Counted from the first letter of the stretch, positions 13,538 to 30,900 are shown. The stretch: 64,000 bases of DNA from the human T2T-CHM13v2.0 reference genome, Homo sapiens (GCF_009914755.1 NC_060925.1), one strand, 5' to 3'. The notes: generated by a model not told the origin, from the sequence alone. Numbers and translations: made by a program.

Positions 13538-15706
13538 TGAGTTTTACGAACCAGGGCACGTTGCATGGTACTTTATAAAGCATTCCCACACATTAACTTA
13601 CTTCAGCCTCACTGTAGCCCTGTGATACAGGAAAGACAGATGGGCCATCTCTGTTCTTTGGATGAGGTGGGCAAAGCTCAGAGAGGCCCATCTTCAACAC
13701 TTCTAGAAAGTGGAAGGATGGGCCAGAACAGCAACACACGTCTTCAATCCCTTGAAGATGCTGAAATGCTATGTATCTGTTCCCTGACAATATTTGATGT
13801 GTTTTCTGGGGGAGCTAGTCAATGAAAAGGATTCAGGTCCAGAATAGCCTGGCCTCCTGGCATTCCCAGGTCTCTGATGCTCACAGGCCAGGAGGCCCCT
13901 CCGTGTAGGCCCACCTGCTGCACACGTGTCACCCTTGTTTATCTGGGGGTAGAGACAGCCTGGATGTCACACTCACAGATAACCACCATCTCCACCTCCA
14001 CAGGGCTGGTCACCTCTTACCAACCTCAGGTGCTGCTCAGCTCATCTGGGCTCTCTGGCTCATTCTGCTGCCCCACAACCTCAGGCCAAAGGACCTGAGA
14101 ACAGAGCCAATCTAGGCAGTTATGCAGAGCAGATATTTAACAATTAAATGAAGAGTTCCAGGGCTCTAAATCTTGGCCATGTTTCTCAGATGTTATCTCC
14201 AGTTATCCCCTATTGGACCCCATTCTGCCCCCTTGTTGGGCCCTGTTTTGCCAGCACCACTACACTTTTGACTTATGAGAAATGGGAAGAATGGCATATA
14301 TCCGCCCAATGGACTCTTTACTGTAGGTCTGCCTGTGGTCTTTTCTGCAATAGCAGGCTGAATAAGATAGAAATTCACCATAAAATATGTGAGTTCCTGT
14401 ACGTGCCTGTATGAGTTCTGTTAGATCTGGAGGCCGCACAGTGGAATGAGACATAATTCCTGCTCTCAGGAGCTCAGCCTGCTGGAGAAGATGGGCACAG
14501 ATAGAGTCCACCACAGACAATGGATGCTATTGTAGACATGCATTCCAGTTCCAGTGGAGACATAGAAGAGTGGGGAGTCAAGGGTTCCCCTGTAGATCTC
14601 ATCTTTTGTATCATAGACCAGAGACAGGCCTAGCCAACTGGTCCTCCTTTCTGCTGCTTTCCCCCTTCCACCACTAACCACCCAGTTCATCCCTGTCCAA
14701 CTCAACCTTAAACAAGAGATATCAGCTGAAGTCTTGCCAATCTAAGGCCATAAGATGCCCTCTCCCCAGTTTAACTTTATTTGTCAAATCTGAGTGATCA
14801 GTTCCTTCAAGCTTAGTCTCCACCTAGCCTACTCAAGTGAGGATGTCTCCCAAAGAGAAGAAACCCACACATTCCAGGCATTCCAGCTGCAACAGAGGAA
14901 TGAGAATGCAAATAGAGGATGCACTGAAACCCTTACCCTCCTGTCACCAAAAGTTCTGTCTACCCTGCTCTCCCCCATCCACCCCTCCCCCAATAGTATG
15001 GCCCCATTCTGTTTCTGATGCAAACCAGAACATCTTCCAAAGGGGTGTGTGTGTATTTTCATGTGAAGGGAGTAGGGCATGAAGGGTGTGAATGGGCCAC
15101 TTCCTGAACCTCTCCCCTCCAGTCGGAGGGCTTACCAGGATGGAGAGAGAGAGAGAGAGGTGTGAGGCATGAAGCTTCCCCAAGTTCGTGTCTCCACTCT
15201 GATCCTCACCTGCTAGGCCATACAACCAATCCTTGCCCTTTCTGCCTCTGTTCCTGTGTCACTCCATCCTCCCCACATCTCTGCACTGTGGAAGAGGAAT
15301 ATGCCCTTCCCTTCCTCCCAAGGCTCCTGCAAGGGAAACAAAATTTTGCTAACCCCATTAAAGCCCTGTGTACTGCCTCCATCCCCATAATTTAAGCAAG
15401 TCTCCTCTGCCTCAAGAGTTCCTTAGGGAAATACACGTATAATTAAGTGCTTAAGGAAACTGCTTTTTAAATAATAAGAGTTGGCTTGAAATGAAAAACT
15501 CTGCCCTTATCCTTCCATCTACCTGGTGGGTTAGCCTGTGGCTTCCTTTGGGCTCGTTTCCACTCCCAGTTGTTTTTGTCTTCTCACCAAGCCCTCTTAT
15601 GTCTATGGCTACCAATAAGGGGTAACAGACGAGCCATGTCCCTTCCCTTTCTACGCTGAGATAGATGATCTGTGCCACCATCTAAAAAGAACATTCGCCT
15701 CAAACC

Positions 15707-15915
15707 AGGATATCTCAACGATTGGCGTTTGAAAGTGGGTGATTCTTTGTTGTTGGGGCTGTCTGTGCATTGTTGGATCTTTAGCAGTTTGCCCGGCCTC
15801 TATTCACTAGATGCCAGTAGGATACCCCTCCTCCCCCCAGTTGTGACAACAAAAATGTCTCTAGACATTGCCAAATGTTCCCTGGGGGAGCAAAATCAGC
15901 CTCAGCTGAGAACTG
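15707..15915. mobile_element. MER20 DNA transposon
   Basis: tctttgttgttggggctgtctgtgcattg...cactagatgccagtag...gttgtgacaacaaaaatgtctctagacattgccaaatg. Confidence 0.85.
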
Positions 15916-17004
15916 CATGAGACCAACAAGCACTGGATGCAGTCATTGGCTTTCATTTCCTCTGGGAGTGGAGGTGGGAACATACTTGGTAATGTCTCCT
16001 GTGGATGCACACATCTTAATGGGACAGAAAGGACCAACTCAAACCTCCTACCTTTTCAAGCAATGTCTGGTAGCCATCCCTGGTCCGTCAGCCTTTTTCC
16101 TGGCTGGTTTCCCAAGACAGTGATAGACACCGCTAACTTTCCATATTCAGGAGACTTTGATTCTCAATGAGCTGCTGATGGGCACAGCTGCAGTAACATC
16201 TACTCCCACCCCCATTTTTTTTTACGTTTAATTCATGTTTATTCTCTGGTACGTGATCAGAGTTCTCTGGTGAACGGAGGCTTCTCTATCTGGAAAACAT
16301 TCCTTCATATCATTGGGGCTCTGCAGTAGTCACCTCTTGGGTTCCCCTTTCAGAAAATTATCCAGTTGCAGAAACAACTGGAAGCAAGTCAGAAGGAGCA
16401 CCAGCCTTAAACCTTAACCTTAACAAGCACCTTCTCTGAGAAGATTCCTCCTCATCCTTCCCTGACTGGGGCCCTTTTGCTCTCTGGGTTCTGGATTCCA
16501 TGACTGCTTCATAAGCCATGTATCCCAACATAGGTGTCCTGCTCTAGAGAGGACTGGAGTGGGGAAATAGGCCACTGAGGCCTATTTCCTGCATACACTG
16601 CATACACTGAGGCTGGCACACACCTCCCTTGGAGCCATACTTGGTCATCACCCTTACATCCTGACCCATTCATAACACCTGGGGCTCCTGTCCACAGGAG
16701 GCTCATCACTGCTCTTCCTCTGGCTGAGGAGGTCCCACCTGCCCCGCATTATCCCCAAGACCTAGTCTTCCCGGGGCAATGGTGAGCACATTACCTGGGG
16801 CAGAGATTTGATCTAAACCATAAACCATTTCCCAGAATGAACTGCACCCGTGTGCCAAGCTTCAAATCAAATGTTCTGCTGTCTGTATCCTGCCATTCTT
16901 TCTGAGAATTTGGTGTCACAGGATTGCTTTGTCACAAAACAATGTCAATTACCACAAATGCATTTTGCATTTTGTCATGACCGTACTTTTCTTACTTATA
17001 GGAT

Positions 17005-17220
17005 CATAATTGCCATCATTTACAAAGTGCTTACCATGTAGCAGGTGTTTTACATACATTGTGTTATATTATTTTATCCTTACAACTCTGCAAGTCATGT
17101 ATTTCCCCCTTTTTATAGATGAAGGGACTGAGATTTAGAGAGATAAATAACATGCCCTAAGCCACTCACTGTTGATGGAGCTGAGATTCAAACTCAAGTT
17201 GTAACTTCAGAGCTCATGTT
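17005..17220 (-). mobile_element. MIR
   Basis: ttttatagatgaagggactgag...gagctgagattcaaactca. Confidence 0.7.
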
Positions 17221-18546
17221 TCTTTGGCCAGGCATCCCACTTGCCAAGACTTTTCCTGGCTTCAGCCCATAAAGGCATCTACCTTCATGATTAGAGCTTG
17301 GCCTCATGGGCCGTCTCATCAACATGGCTTCCAGTGACCACCCTTTTTATTCTCTTAGGAAGCCAAAGAACAACGCTGCATCTGACACTCACTTCAATAG
17401 CACCTGAATTATGTGCTTCTCCTTAAAATGTGGCCCAGTGACATTTTGGGCTGGATGATAAAAAATAAAAATAAATTAAAAATGTGGCCCGAGTATTTAA
17501 GAGCAAAATATTGACACTGATTTATCAGGGTGGTTCTCTCACATCCACTATTATCTAATTCAAAGCAAACAGATATCCTTATCTGGCATGACAGTCTTAA
17601 GGCCTGTGTGTCTGGTATCAAGCCCTCAAAAATGTCTTTTTATGTCTGATGATTTACTGAAAACCCTAATACCCTTTCTGTTTTCTTGTTGCTTGAGCCC
17701 TTAATGCGTGCCAGGCACTGTGCCAAATGCTTTACAGACGTTATCTCATTCCATCCTCAAAAAAGAAAAGAAAAGAAAAAACAGAACAAAACAGAAAATA
17801 CCCTGTGAACAAAGCATTACAATAACCAGTGCACAGATGGATAAACTGACCCAGAGAGTTTAGGTGATCTGCCCACAGTCACCGAGTTGAGCAGGATTCA
17901 AACTTTGGGCTGTCTAGCTGTAAACCGCCGGTTGCCTTCACTCTTGGGAGGAGAGAGAATAGACTTTGTTGTAATTAGAAAATATATAACAGCATCTCGT
18001 ATTCCCCAGAATGGAGTCATCTGGACTCACAGGGCCATCAGTGGAGCTCTCCAATCACACAGCTTCCCCAGCACTGCTGCTCAATGTTCAGTGGCATAAC
18101 TCTGACTTGGGAGCGTGCAGGCTGCCAGCACAGTCATCATCTCTAACAGGCTTCTGCCTCAAGCCTCCAACACCATCAAAAATATAATCCCCTGTTGACT
18201 TAGAAATAAATTACATAAGCACTTCTTCCATTACTTTAAAATTTTTCTCTGGCTATTATGGATTCGAGGCATGCTCTTGAGAAGTCAGCTTGTCCAAGCA
18301 AGCAGAAATTTAAGAAACACTTTGGTGCATGTCCATGCCTGAAATTGATGACTTATTTGCAACCTTGATAACAGAGTTTCTTGTGCCAATAAATTGCTTA
18401 AATTGCTTTGACAACTCTTTCACCCTATTTTTCCACTGACTTACTCTGTCACCACAGATATATAATCATGAAATAAATTAGTGATGTTTTCAATGTGTGG
18501 CATTCAGTATGGCAAACAGTTCTGGGATTATTTCCCTGCTAGCTTT

Positions 18547-19636
<1,090 letters not shown>

Positions 19637-19658
19637 CTTTTTAAATTATTATTGTTTT

Positions 19659-19953
<295 letters not shown>

Positions 19954-20377
19954 AGTCCTCACTTTTACAGTAAACACACCAATGAATCTTCTTTAATAAT
20001 ATACATTGAGCGTTAGCGACTCTACTCCAAACTCAAAGGGACCCCATGGGAAACATTAATCCATGCACCATCCCACAGGTGACACCACTTATCTTCTTCA
20101 CTAGATTTTGTGTGCCCTTGGGCTCCCCCACCCCAGTGAAATTCACTGATTTGCATGTTTTCCATAGGTACACTTCCTGAGATCTAGCTGGGGCTGGGTG
20201 CAGCCTAGAGCCATGGAATAGAATTAAAGTAGCCACACTGGTATCAAGCCTACAGGCAGAACCATGCCGTTCTTGACCACGACCTGTAAGGACCTAAGGA
20301 ATCCAATCATTTTCTTCATCTCCTTCCTCACCTTATATACTCCTCTCTCCCACAGGCTTTGTTCTCTTCTCTCTGCC

Positions 20378-21410
<1,033 letters not shown>

Positions 21411-23499
21411 ACTCCACACTACTTTTCCTGCACACTTTTTGTGCCCTCTCCACGTGACAGCCTGGGCAGGTGGGATGCTTTGCTCACCAGCTCTTTGCCT
21501 AGCTCCTAACTCCTACTGACCCCTACTGGTCATAGTTTAAACATCACTTTTTCAGGAAAAGGTTTCCAACAGGCCCCCATGTATTCCCAAAGTATCTGTC
21601 CTACCTTGAGGCCCTTTGCTCACCAATAATAATTCATTTAGTCATTTGATGTTACTCTGTATGCTGCTACAGTCTAAGGACCATGTGCATACCTCTAGCA
21701 CAGTACAATGCCTGGCACATCAATATTCAATACTCAATAAACAGATGATGACTGACTAACTGATGTGCTGTCACTTACCTGGGTATCTGCACATAGGTGA
21801 ATAAATGGGAAGAAAATAATAAATCTAGGGAATGGATAATCTAGTGGAGGAATACATGACATATGTACCCTCCTAAGTGTAAATGCAAAGTTGGATACAA
21901 TTAGCCAATATGCAATGCATAAATACTTAAGCAATGGGATAGTGATTAAAGAGATAAGAGGAGTGAAATTCAAAAAGTTGAACCTTCAAAGAGATGTGGA
22001 GAGTGAGGTTGGATAGCCTAAGGGATACACAAATGCTGGATGTTATTAAAAATACCAATGTTATGTGTTGGGTGCAGAGTCCATATGGGGAGCCTTAGAC
22101 AGAGGGAAGAATAGGACAAATAAGTATCAGTGAGGGGAGGAAATAATATGGGGAGTCAACTGGCATAGATGAAGTACAAACCTCATCCAGTGGGTAGCAG
22201 GAAATGCATGGTTAGGTGAAGATAGTGAAAGGGCAGCAAAAACTCATGCCAAAAAGGTTTGGATCATATCTGATAAACAGTGTGGAGTCACCACAGTTTT
22301 CTGAGTGGAGGACATGTCACTAGGTCCAATTTTCCTTAAATTACACTCTGACAGAATGGCTCCGTTACTTAGCCACAATATGGCGCATTATGATTTAACA
22401 CTGCCAAAGAGAGACAGGGTCTCACGGCTGCTGATTTTTAAGGCTTTTCAGAAGATAAGAGTTAAGTAAGAACCTGCTTTTCCTGCTTGCTGGAAGTTAA
22501 TGACTTCAATGCTTTGCAAAAGAAAGTAAAAGGGTTGTTAAGTCAGAGTGCTCACCCTCTGGACCTGCAGGTTATGATTTTTTAATGCTTTTCAAATGGG
22601 AAAGGATCTCAAGTGAGTGTCATCCCTGCCTGCTAGAAATATATGTCTTTCAGACGGCAGCTGGCACAGCCTCCTGCACACCCACTGCTCTGCCTGATTC
22701 ACTGCATTCACATTTTAAATCTTGGAATGTTGCCATATCTCAGTCGACCCAATTCACAGGTCCACAGAGGCAGCGACCCCAGGTGCTGCAACTCAGTCCA
22801 GCATTTCTCCCTATTGTCCCAGGTCAGGGGGTGTCCTGAGCCTTCAAAATTTTTGCCTCAGTTACATCCCTACTCCCTCCCCTTCTCTGTCACTACGTCT
22901 GTCCACTTACCCTCAAACCTGTCTTCTCTTCTCCAAATAGTGATCAATTTGTCAGGTACTAAAAAGCCACACAGATCAGGTGGTATGTTTTTTCTGTAAA
23001 CAGAGGGCATGATGTGTGCTGAGGAGGGGAGGCCTGGGGACTGCAAAGACAGCTCCCCACAGAGGAACACCCCAGGTCCTGGAAAAGTCAAGGCAGCTGA
23101 GTCTGGCAACTCAGGCATCTCCTGGTCAGCACTGTTCACCTGAAGACGTAGAAAATCACAGACCAGCACGGGCACCAGGGAGTCCTCTCCTGTCCCTCAC
23201 AGGGGACTGCAGAGCCCAAGATGGGACTGGGAAGAGGGGACAAGCCTGGGTCTCCACATTCTGTTCTGCAATCCTGTGGTCCCAGATCTGCCCTGGCACC
23301 GTGCTCAAATTCCTCCAGGGACAAAGGAAGGCTGGGAAGACATGGAGGGTTCCAGGCCCATGCAGGGGTCAGGCCACACTCCTGAGAGGACCCTCAACCC
23401 ACCCCAACCCACCTCTGCTCCTTTAATAACCTGGAGGCCACAAGGGAAGTCAATGGGATCCCCAGGTGAGGCAAATCAGAAAGAAACCAGGACACTACA

Positions 23500-25370
23500 A
23501 ATAATAAGAATGACAACTATAAGATATGATTTTATATACAGCAGGATTGGACACACATACACCACCCTCCTCCCACACACACACACACATCCACACACAC
23601 GGACACATTCACACACACCAAATCAAAAAATACTAAAGTTAGCAAGGCTAAGGGGAAACAGGAACTCCTAAACTGCTGAGGATATGTAAATCAGTATAGT
23701 AACCTTGGAGAGTGATGCGTTGATTAGTTCACCCCAAAATCCAGCCACTTCACTATACACATATATATATATATTTGCAGACAAATTCTACATTTGAGTA
23801 AGTTAGCGACATGTATGAGGCTCCTCACTTATTCACTAACGCAACGTGTGTTGTATTGAGCACCTACTATATGCCAGCCACAATTCTAGGGTCTAAAAAT
23901 TGAGTGTTAACAAAAAGCAAAATGTCTGCCTCCATGGAGTGTATATACAGCTTTGTTGAAATAGCCAAAAACTGAAAACAACCTGAAAATATATTGCTAG
24001 GAGAATGGACAAACACTCAACTAGAGATACCAGTATCAAGACAGATGTATTTTGGAAACAGTGTTGGGTGGGTAGGAAAGAAACTTGCAGGTACAAAATA
24101 CTATTTATATGAATAAAAACAAACAATACTATAAATTGTGTGTTGATACATACATATGTTACACAAATAAATGGTCTGGACACCTACCAAACTCAGAATC
24201 TTAGCTGCCTCCAAGAAAGGAGAGAAAAGACCAGGAAGGAGAACTTCAAGTTTAACTGAAATGTGCTTTATTTCCTAAAAAGAAAACATCTGAAGCAAAT
24301 GCACATGTGAAAATGTTAGCCATGTATATTTAGGATGTTAAGCATATAGATGTTTGTTGCAGCACATTGGGTCCTTTTTCATTTTAGTTCAAGATAGGGA
24401 AGCTTTTGTTTTGTATTGCTTTAAAATTTTAGAAAAGAATTAGGGGAGAGGAGGATTAAGACCCCATCTCCCAGTGACTCAGGTGCCAGACACTGCTCTA
24501 AATGTGCCTCTGGGATCCTGACCACCAGCCACTTGACCATTGGACAGGACAACTGGGAGAGAGAAGAGCAGAGTCCCCCTCCTGCCGCTGCTGCCCTAGA
24601 TCTCAGCAAACTGCTGGGTGCCTGCTCTGTCCCCCTCCCCACCACCAGCTAAGTCAGTGAGAGTGTGGAGCTCCGTAAATTTACCCACACTGCCGTGGGA
24701 GTGGAAATTTGCTCAACCACTTTGAAGAGCAATCTGGCACTATCTAGTAAAGCTGAAGAGACACATACTCTATTATTCAGAAATTCTGTTTTTAACATTT
24801 TACCCTAGAAAAACTCTCAAACATGTGCCCAAGGAGACGTGTGCAAATATTCTTTGCAGCGTTGTTTATAATGGCCAAAAATCGAAAATGGCACCATTAT
24901 CCATCATTAGAAGAGTAGATAAAATCAGACTTGTATATTCAATGAAATACTATTCCACCGTGGAGATGATGAGAGCCACACATGTCAGTGTGAATCCATC
25001 TCACAAACAAGGCTGAGGAAAAGGGTGAGTTGCAGAGTCCTCCACAGTGAAATACCATTTACATAAAATTGTGACTATTCCAAACAGTACCATATATTGT
25101 TGATCAGTGCAGGTGTATGTCGTGAAAGTATGGAAACACACTTGGGAGGGATGAATACCAGGTTCAGGGGTTACTTATGTGAAGGGAGAAAGAATAGAAT
25201 TGGGGAGGATTATATATGGGACTTCAGCTGATACTGCGCTATTTTATTTCTTTAAGAAAAACAAAAACTTGAAGCAAATATGGCAACATTTTCAAATTAA
25301 AAACTGCTGGGTGATGAGTACCCGAATGTTTCATATGTTCTTTCATATGCCTTTTGCTTTTGAGTATTTA
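23500..25370 (+). mobile_element. Fragmented old L1M 3' segments
   Basis: aaatagccaaaaactgaaaacaacctgaa; ccactttgaagagcaatctggca...gcagcgttgtttataatggccaaaa...aatactattc. Confidence 0.55.
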
Positions 25371-25476
25371 ATAATATTCATTTATTTATTTATTATCTTA
25401 TTTGTTGATTTATTTAGAAAGGGCAGGAAGAGAGGTAGTGGGTAGGGGAAGAGCCTCTGAGACAAAGGGAAGAGTG

Positions 25477-25764
25477 GGCCAGGTGCAGTGGGTCACGCCT
25501 GTAATCCCAGCGCTTTGGGGGGCCAAGGAGGGTGGATCACTTGAGGTCAGGAGTTCAAGACCAACTTGGCCAACATGGTGAAACCCTGTCTCTACAAAAA
25601 ATACAAAAATTAGCTGGGCATGGTGGCAGGCGCCTGTAACTGCAACTACTCGGGAGGCTGAGGAAGGAGCTTGAACCCGGGAAGAGGAAGCTGCAGTGAG
25701 CCCAGATCGCGCCACTGCACTCCAGCCTGGGCAACATAGTGAGACTCCGTCTTAAAAAAAAAAA
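25477..25764 (+). mobile_element. Alu
   Basis: Dimer with poly(A). Confidence 0.93.
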
Positions 25765-25989
25765 GGGAGAGAGAGAGAGAATGAGAGAAGAGCACCTAAG
25801 AGAGAAAGGTGCTCCCTGTGTTGACAGAGCTGAAACATCAGCCAGAGCATAGTAAGAGGGGGCATAGCCTCAGGGCAGGCCAGAGAGACAGGGCTGGGCA
25901 TGCAGGGCGCTATAAAAGAGGGGATGGTTTATTCTTAGTGGAATGGAGAGACATGGAGGTGGGGGTGGCTTTAGCCAGAGGAGTATTTA

Positions 25990-26900
25990 CACTGATCTGT
26001 TTACACTGATTGGGTTACTTGTGTCTGCTCTGTGCAAGATGGAAAAAAGGAGGGTAGGAACAGAGGCCAGGAAAAGAATTAACAAGCCTTTACAGTAATG
26101 TAGGCAAAGGACATTGGGGAACTCCATTGTAATGGAGGCAGAAAAGATGGAGAGAGTAAGGTGAATTTGAGATATATTTTGAAGAGGAATCAATAGAACT
26201 TGGGAATCGGTTAGGTGTGAAGTATGACTCTGAGGTTTGGATTTCAGTAACTGGTGGTGCTGTTTACTGGCTGAGAAGACTGGTGGGGATGAGAGCAGGA
26301 ACCATGGCCAGAATTGTCTGTGCATCTGTTCATTCGTTCCCAGCAAGGAGGAGAGGGACAGAGTTTTATTTTGGACATGTCAAGTTCGAGATGATTGTGA
26401 CCCACCCAAGTGGAGGAGTAGAGCTGGGCAATTGCATATTCAGGTCCAAGATCCTCGGGAGAGGTTGAGCCAGATCAGGAGATATAAATTTGGGTGTCGC
26501 CAGCATATGATTTCAAGCCATGAGAATAGGGAGACAGTGTAAATAGCAAACTCTGAGCATCCCTGCATTTAGTGTCAGGAGAAAGAGGATGATCCAGCAA
26601 ACAGACTAAGGAGTGGCCAGTGAGGCAGGAGAATCAGGAGAGGGGGACGTGATGCATGCCAAGACAGAAAAGCATTTCAGAGTGGAACGTGAAATGTCAA
26701 CAGTTCAAATGCAGAGTGGCCAAGTCAGCAGAGGGCAGAGAATCCCCTGTTGGAGCCAGCAACACAGGAGCCTTTGTGTCGTTAGCAAAAGCAGTTCAGT
26801 GAAGTGGTGGGAGCTAAGGCCAGATCACCCACTATTAGGGAGTGAGTAGGGATTGCAGAAGAGGAAAGAGTGAGTATGGGTGAGTCTTCCGGCCCAAACG
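25990..26900 (-). mobile_element. L2 fragment
   Basis: gagatatattttgaagaggaatcaatagaactt...gttttattttggacatgtcaagttcgagatg...tataaatttgggtgtc. Confidence 0.65.
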
Positions 26901-28379
26901 GAAGGGAGGAGAAAGATGGGGAGGAAGCTGAAAAAGATGAGTGAGGCAAAGGAGAGGTTTGGTTTGCTTTGGATGTTATTGTGCATGTCCGTATACAGAT
27001 GAAAAAATCCAGTGGAGAGAGAAATTGATGGTGGGAAAGAATGGAGGGAATGAGTGCAGGAAGGAATACTTTGAGAAGAGGAATGAGTAGGGAATCCAAG
27101 CCATGCAGCCTCATTCAGCAAAGTCAGGATTCTAACTCAAGCCTGTCTGACTCACACACCATGCTCATTCCTAGGTGCCTCTTTCACTCACCCATGAGTG
27201 TCCAACTCCCAGGGTCCAGTGCAATAAATCCTTTACCACTATCTCCTCTAAAGACACAAGTTTTATAGTCTTCCCATTTCCATCTGGGTTCCGCATCTAC
27301 CCAAGGAACTGGAGGAGAAAACAAGCAAACTGAAGAAAATTAAATCTGACCTATTTTATGCATTCTATATAAATGCATGAAATAGATTATGTTTGACAGT
27401 GGTAAACAGAGAACCAAAAAAAAATCCAATTTATCACTTTAATTATATATGCGTTTCTTCCTCAATCTCCAGCCAAGAATGAGCCTCCAGCCATTTTCAG
27501 TTCTTTCTGTGGAGCCATTCCCTAATTTCTAAAGCTGTTTTTGGTAACCACAGATTTCCACTCAAGGATGTTTTATCTGAAGCACACTGAAAACTTAACA
27601 TGCTGCCTATGATGGCACATACGAGGAGGAGGAATGCAGTGGGTATGTATGAAATTAAAAGTAAGGAAATAGAGGGGAGTGTGGAGTTCTGATTCAAAGG
27701 AATAGCGTGGATTAAATTGATGTCCCTGTAAAGAAATTGACATTCTCCTATTGCCACAAAGGAAAGTAATAGGTGCTGAGTTATTTGGATACTGAGCTAA
27801 TTCAGAGTCAACCAACCACCTTTAGTAAAGTAACCTTACCCTAAAATCTACTTATTCATGAATAAGAGAGGGTAAGAGGACCTGAAGGAGGGCAGGTGAG
27901 AAGGCAGTTAGCAGCCAACACACTGACTGTCGCTGTACATGAGCAGGATCAGGGAGAAGGGGGCTTCTGCCTTATTGCAGTCTCCATCCCACACATATGT
28001 ATCGAACATCTGCTTCCAGGCACTGAGGGTACAGCAAAGAGCAAGACAGAAAAGGCCCTTGCGTTCAGAAAGCTTGCAGTCTCTTGGTGAAATGCACACA
28101 AGAGGCAATTACAGTGCCAGGGGTAAGTGCTAAATCCTCAGACAGGGGAGGTATGTGCACCTAACTCAGCCTGGGTGGGGGACAGTGGTCAGGAAAATGT
28201 TTCTGCAGGAAGGGTTATATAAACTTTTAAATCTAAGACATGACCAAGATTTAGCCAGACTGGCAGTGAGGGCAGGCAGTCGGGAGATAATAAACAAGAA
28301 AAACATAAAGCACATATGTGTGCCCACAAATACACAATTTCGATTATCTTAAAGGGTCATGTGAATGGCAACATTGTTG

Positions 28380-29010
28380 CTGCTTTATATTGCACTTTGG
28401 GGAAAATCAGAGTCATGACAAGCCGTTTCTGACTCGCAATCAGGGTTAGTGGTGCTGTTGGATAACGTAGGAAACAGAAAAGGACCAAGTTGGGAGGTAG
28501 AGGCTGGGTTCAGCCTTGACAGGTTGAGTAAAAGGAGCTTCTGAGACCTCCACATGGAGCTCTCAGGTAAGCAGTCGGATACTTAGATCTGAAACTCAGG
28601 CTTATGGCTTGGACTAGAAAGATACATTTGGGAGTCATTGGATTAGAGGTAGCAATTTAAACCATGGCACAGATGAGCACCCTCCCAGGGAGAGAAACAC
28701 TCTCACTAAAAGGGAAAGTGAAAAGAGAAAAGAGCATGGGGCCAGGGGATGAAGAACTTCTTCATAGCCACTAGGGGAGGGAGGCTGAGCCTGTAGAGGA
28801 ACCCGGGAAGGTGTTACTGGGAGAGATAGTAGGAAAACCAGGAGAGAGCTGCTTCACAGTGGTTTAAAATGGAGGGAGTAACCCACAGTAATAACATTAG
28901 CATGCACCCAAAAAAAATGAGGACAAAACCTGTCCATTGGATAGACCAGAGATGTGAAGGAATCACATGTGAAGCCAAATTGGAATAGGTTGAAGACGAG
29001 TGAGGAGTAA
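28380..29010 (-). mobile_element. L2 fragment
   Basis: ggttcagccttgacaggttgag...atacatttgggagtcattgg. Confidence 0.5.
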
Positions 29011-30000
29011 GCTAACACACACCAGTGCTTGCCAAACCCTTTTGCTTTGTGGAACATATAGAAAATTATAGCTCAGTGGACATTGGCCAGCTGCACAAGG
29101 CTGCCCCCAGCTGGAAGTGTGGCCCCACACAGATGATCTGAGGGCCAAGGAAATCAATATTTTATAACACCTATAGCCATTTGAGATACACCAATGTGTC
29201 TCGGAATACCAACTTGTAAGGTCTACCATAGACCACTTTCTCAACTAGAGTGGCTGTGAATTGGGGCTCCCAGGGGGTGTGGAATCAAGGTGAGCTTGCT
29301 GGCTTGGTTTGGTTTGGTTAGAAGAGTTTTTAAGATCTTAGCATCTTTCAGAAGCATCTATGGAAAAAATTCGGTTGAGCTGGGAGGACTGAATTCATGA
29401 GAGAGAAAAGGGTAGTATAGCATTGGTGGTATAAGGCTCCTCAGAAGTCAGAAAAGAATCCAATTTCAGGTGGAGGGTCAAATGTACAAGATACCATGTG
29501 TGCAAAAGTGTAATTCTCTCCACAATACTAGAAATTGGATGTCATTATTACTGTGTTACAAATTTAAAACCTGAAGCTTAGTGAGATTAAGTCACTGCCC
29601 CAGGTTCCTTGCCTAGTAAGCTGCATAGCCAGGACTATAACCTATATTTTTCTGACTCCAAAACGCCTAACAATTATACTTAGGTGCTAGGCCTGGAGAC
29701 GCAAAGATGATGCCTTTGAAGAGGTCATATGCTAAAAGTGTAGAGAGACACTAAAATAAATATAACACAGTGTGATAAATAGAATAATGGAGACACGGGG
29801 GAAAATGCTTTAGGAACCACGAAGACTATACCCCAGTATAGGCCCGTCAATTCCTGAACTCATGGAGGCAGGGGTGGACTGGACATACAGCAAGGGCTAA
29901 AAAGAAATACAAATACCTGGATGGATGGATGGGTGGGTACACAGAGAATAAGAGTTCAGTATGAATAAAGATTCCCTCCTTAGGGCAAGTGTGGTTCATG

Positions 30001-30019
30001 TGGCCACAAGAGGTCGCTC
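30001..30019 (+). promoter_or_regulatory. CTCF motif (forward)
   Basis: TGGCCACAAGAGGTCGCTC versus consensus TGGCCACCAGGGGGCGCTA. Confidence 0.55.
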
Positions 30020-30544
30020 AGATCTGACACAAATGAAGCTTTTTTCCATTGGTGCTGCCATGCTCTCTCCAGAAGCTTTCTGGAAGGAAGGGGTTAGAAT
30101 GGAGAGAGGGAATGAGGGTGGTGACCAGATGCTCCATAGTGTTTTCTGCCCTCTGTAGGCCAGACCCAGAGCTTCATGCCCAGGCTGGCTCCATTTTCAC
30201 CCTACTCCTGGTCATTTCCACTCCTGTCCTAAGTTCTAGGCTTTTGATATGTTTCTCCAATGTGTTCTGTCTTTCAGATGTAACTCAGAAATGGTCTTAG
30301 GTTTCTCGTTAGGCCTGTAGTTCCAGCTGTGGATGAGACTCCAACCCCAACAGGCTTTCTGGCTGAGTGCCTTTGTACAAATTACTTCATCTTTCTGGGA
30401 CTCACCAAAAACACTAAGGTTGGGAGGAAGGGTCTGGTCTTTAAGTCTTCCTGACCCACACTGCTTACAATAGCTCACCTTCACCGAACACTTCCTACTT
30501 GCTAGGCATTGGTCTAAGCCTGCAATATCCAAGAAGGCAGACAC

Positions 30545-30900
30545 TTGTCACATGTAGCTGCTTAAATTTTTTAAATTTCAACTAAAGTAAAAACAATTAA
30601 AACTTCAGTTTCTCTGTCTCATGAGTCAATTTCAAGTGCTTAATAGCTCTCTGTGGCCACTGAACTGGATAGCCCAGAAAACATTTCATCATCACTGAAA
30701 GTTCTATTAGATCTTGCTGTCTGAGAGCATCTTATGTTTTTAATCTTGTTTAACCTTCATAGCAACCCTATGATGCAGGTGTAATTATGTATCCACTTTA
30801 GAGATAAGGACCCTGAGACACAGACTGGTTAAAAAACTTACCCAAGGTCTCTCACCAGATTCATATCCAGAGTGAGGATTCAAGCTCAGATATTTGGCTC
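30545..30900. mobile_element. MER3-like MITE followed by MIR
   Basis: atttcaagtgcttaatagc...catttcatcatcactgaaagttctatt, then a MIR core. Confidence 0.6.
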
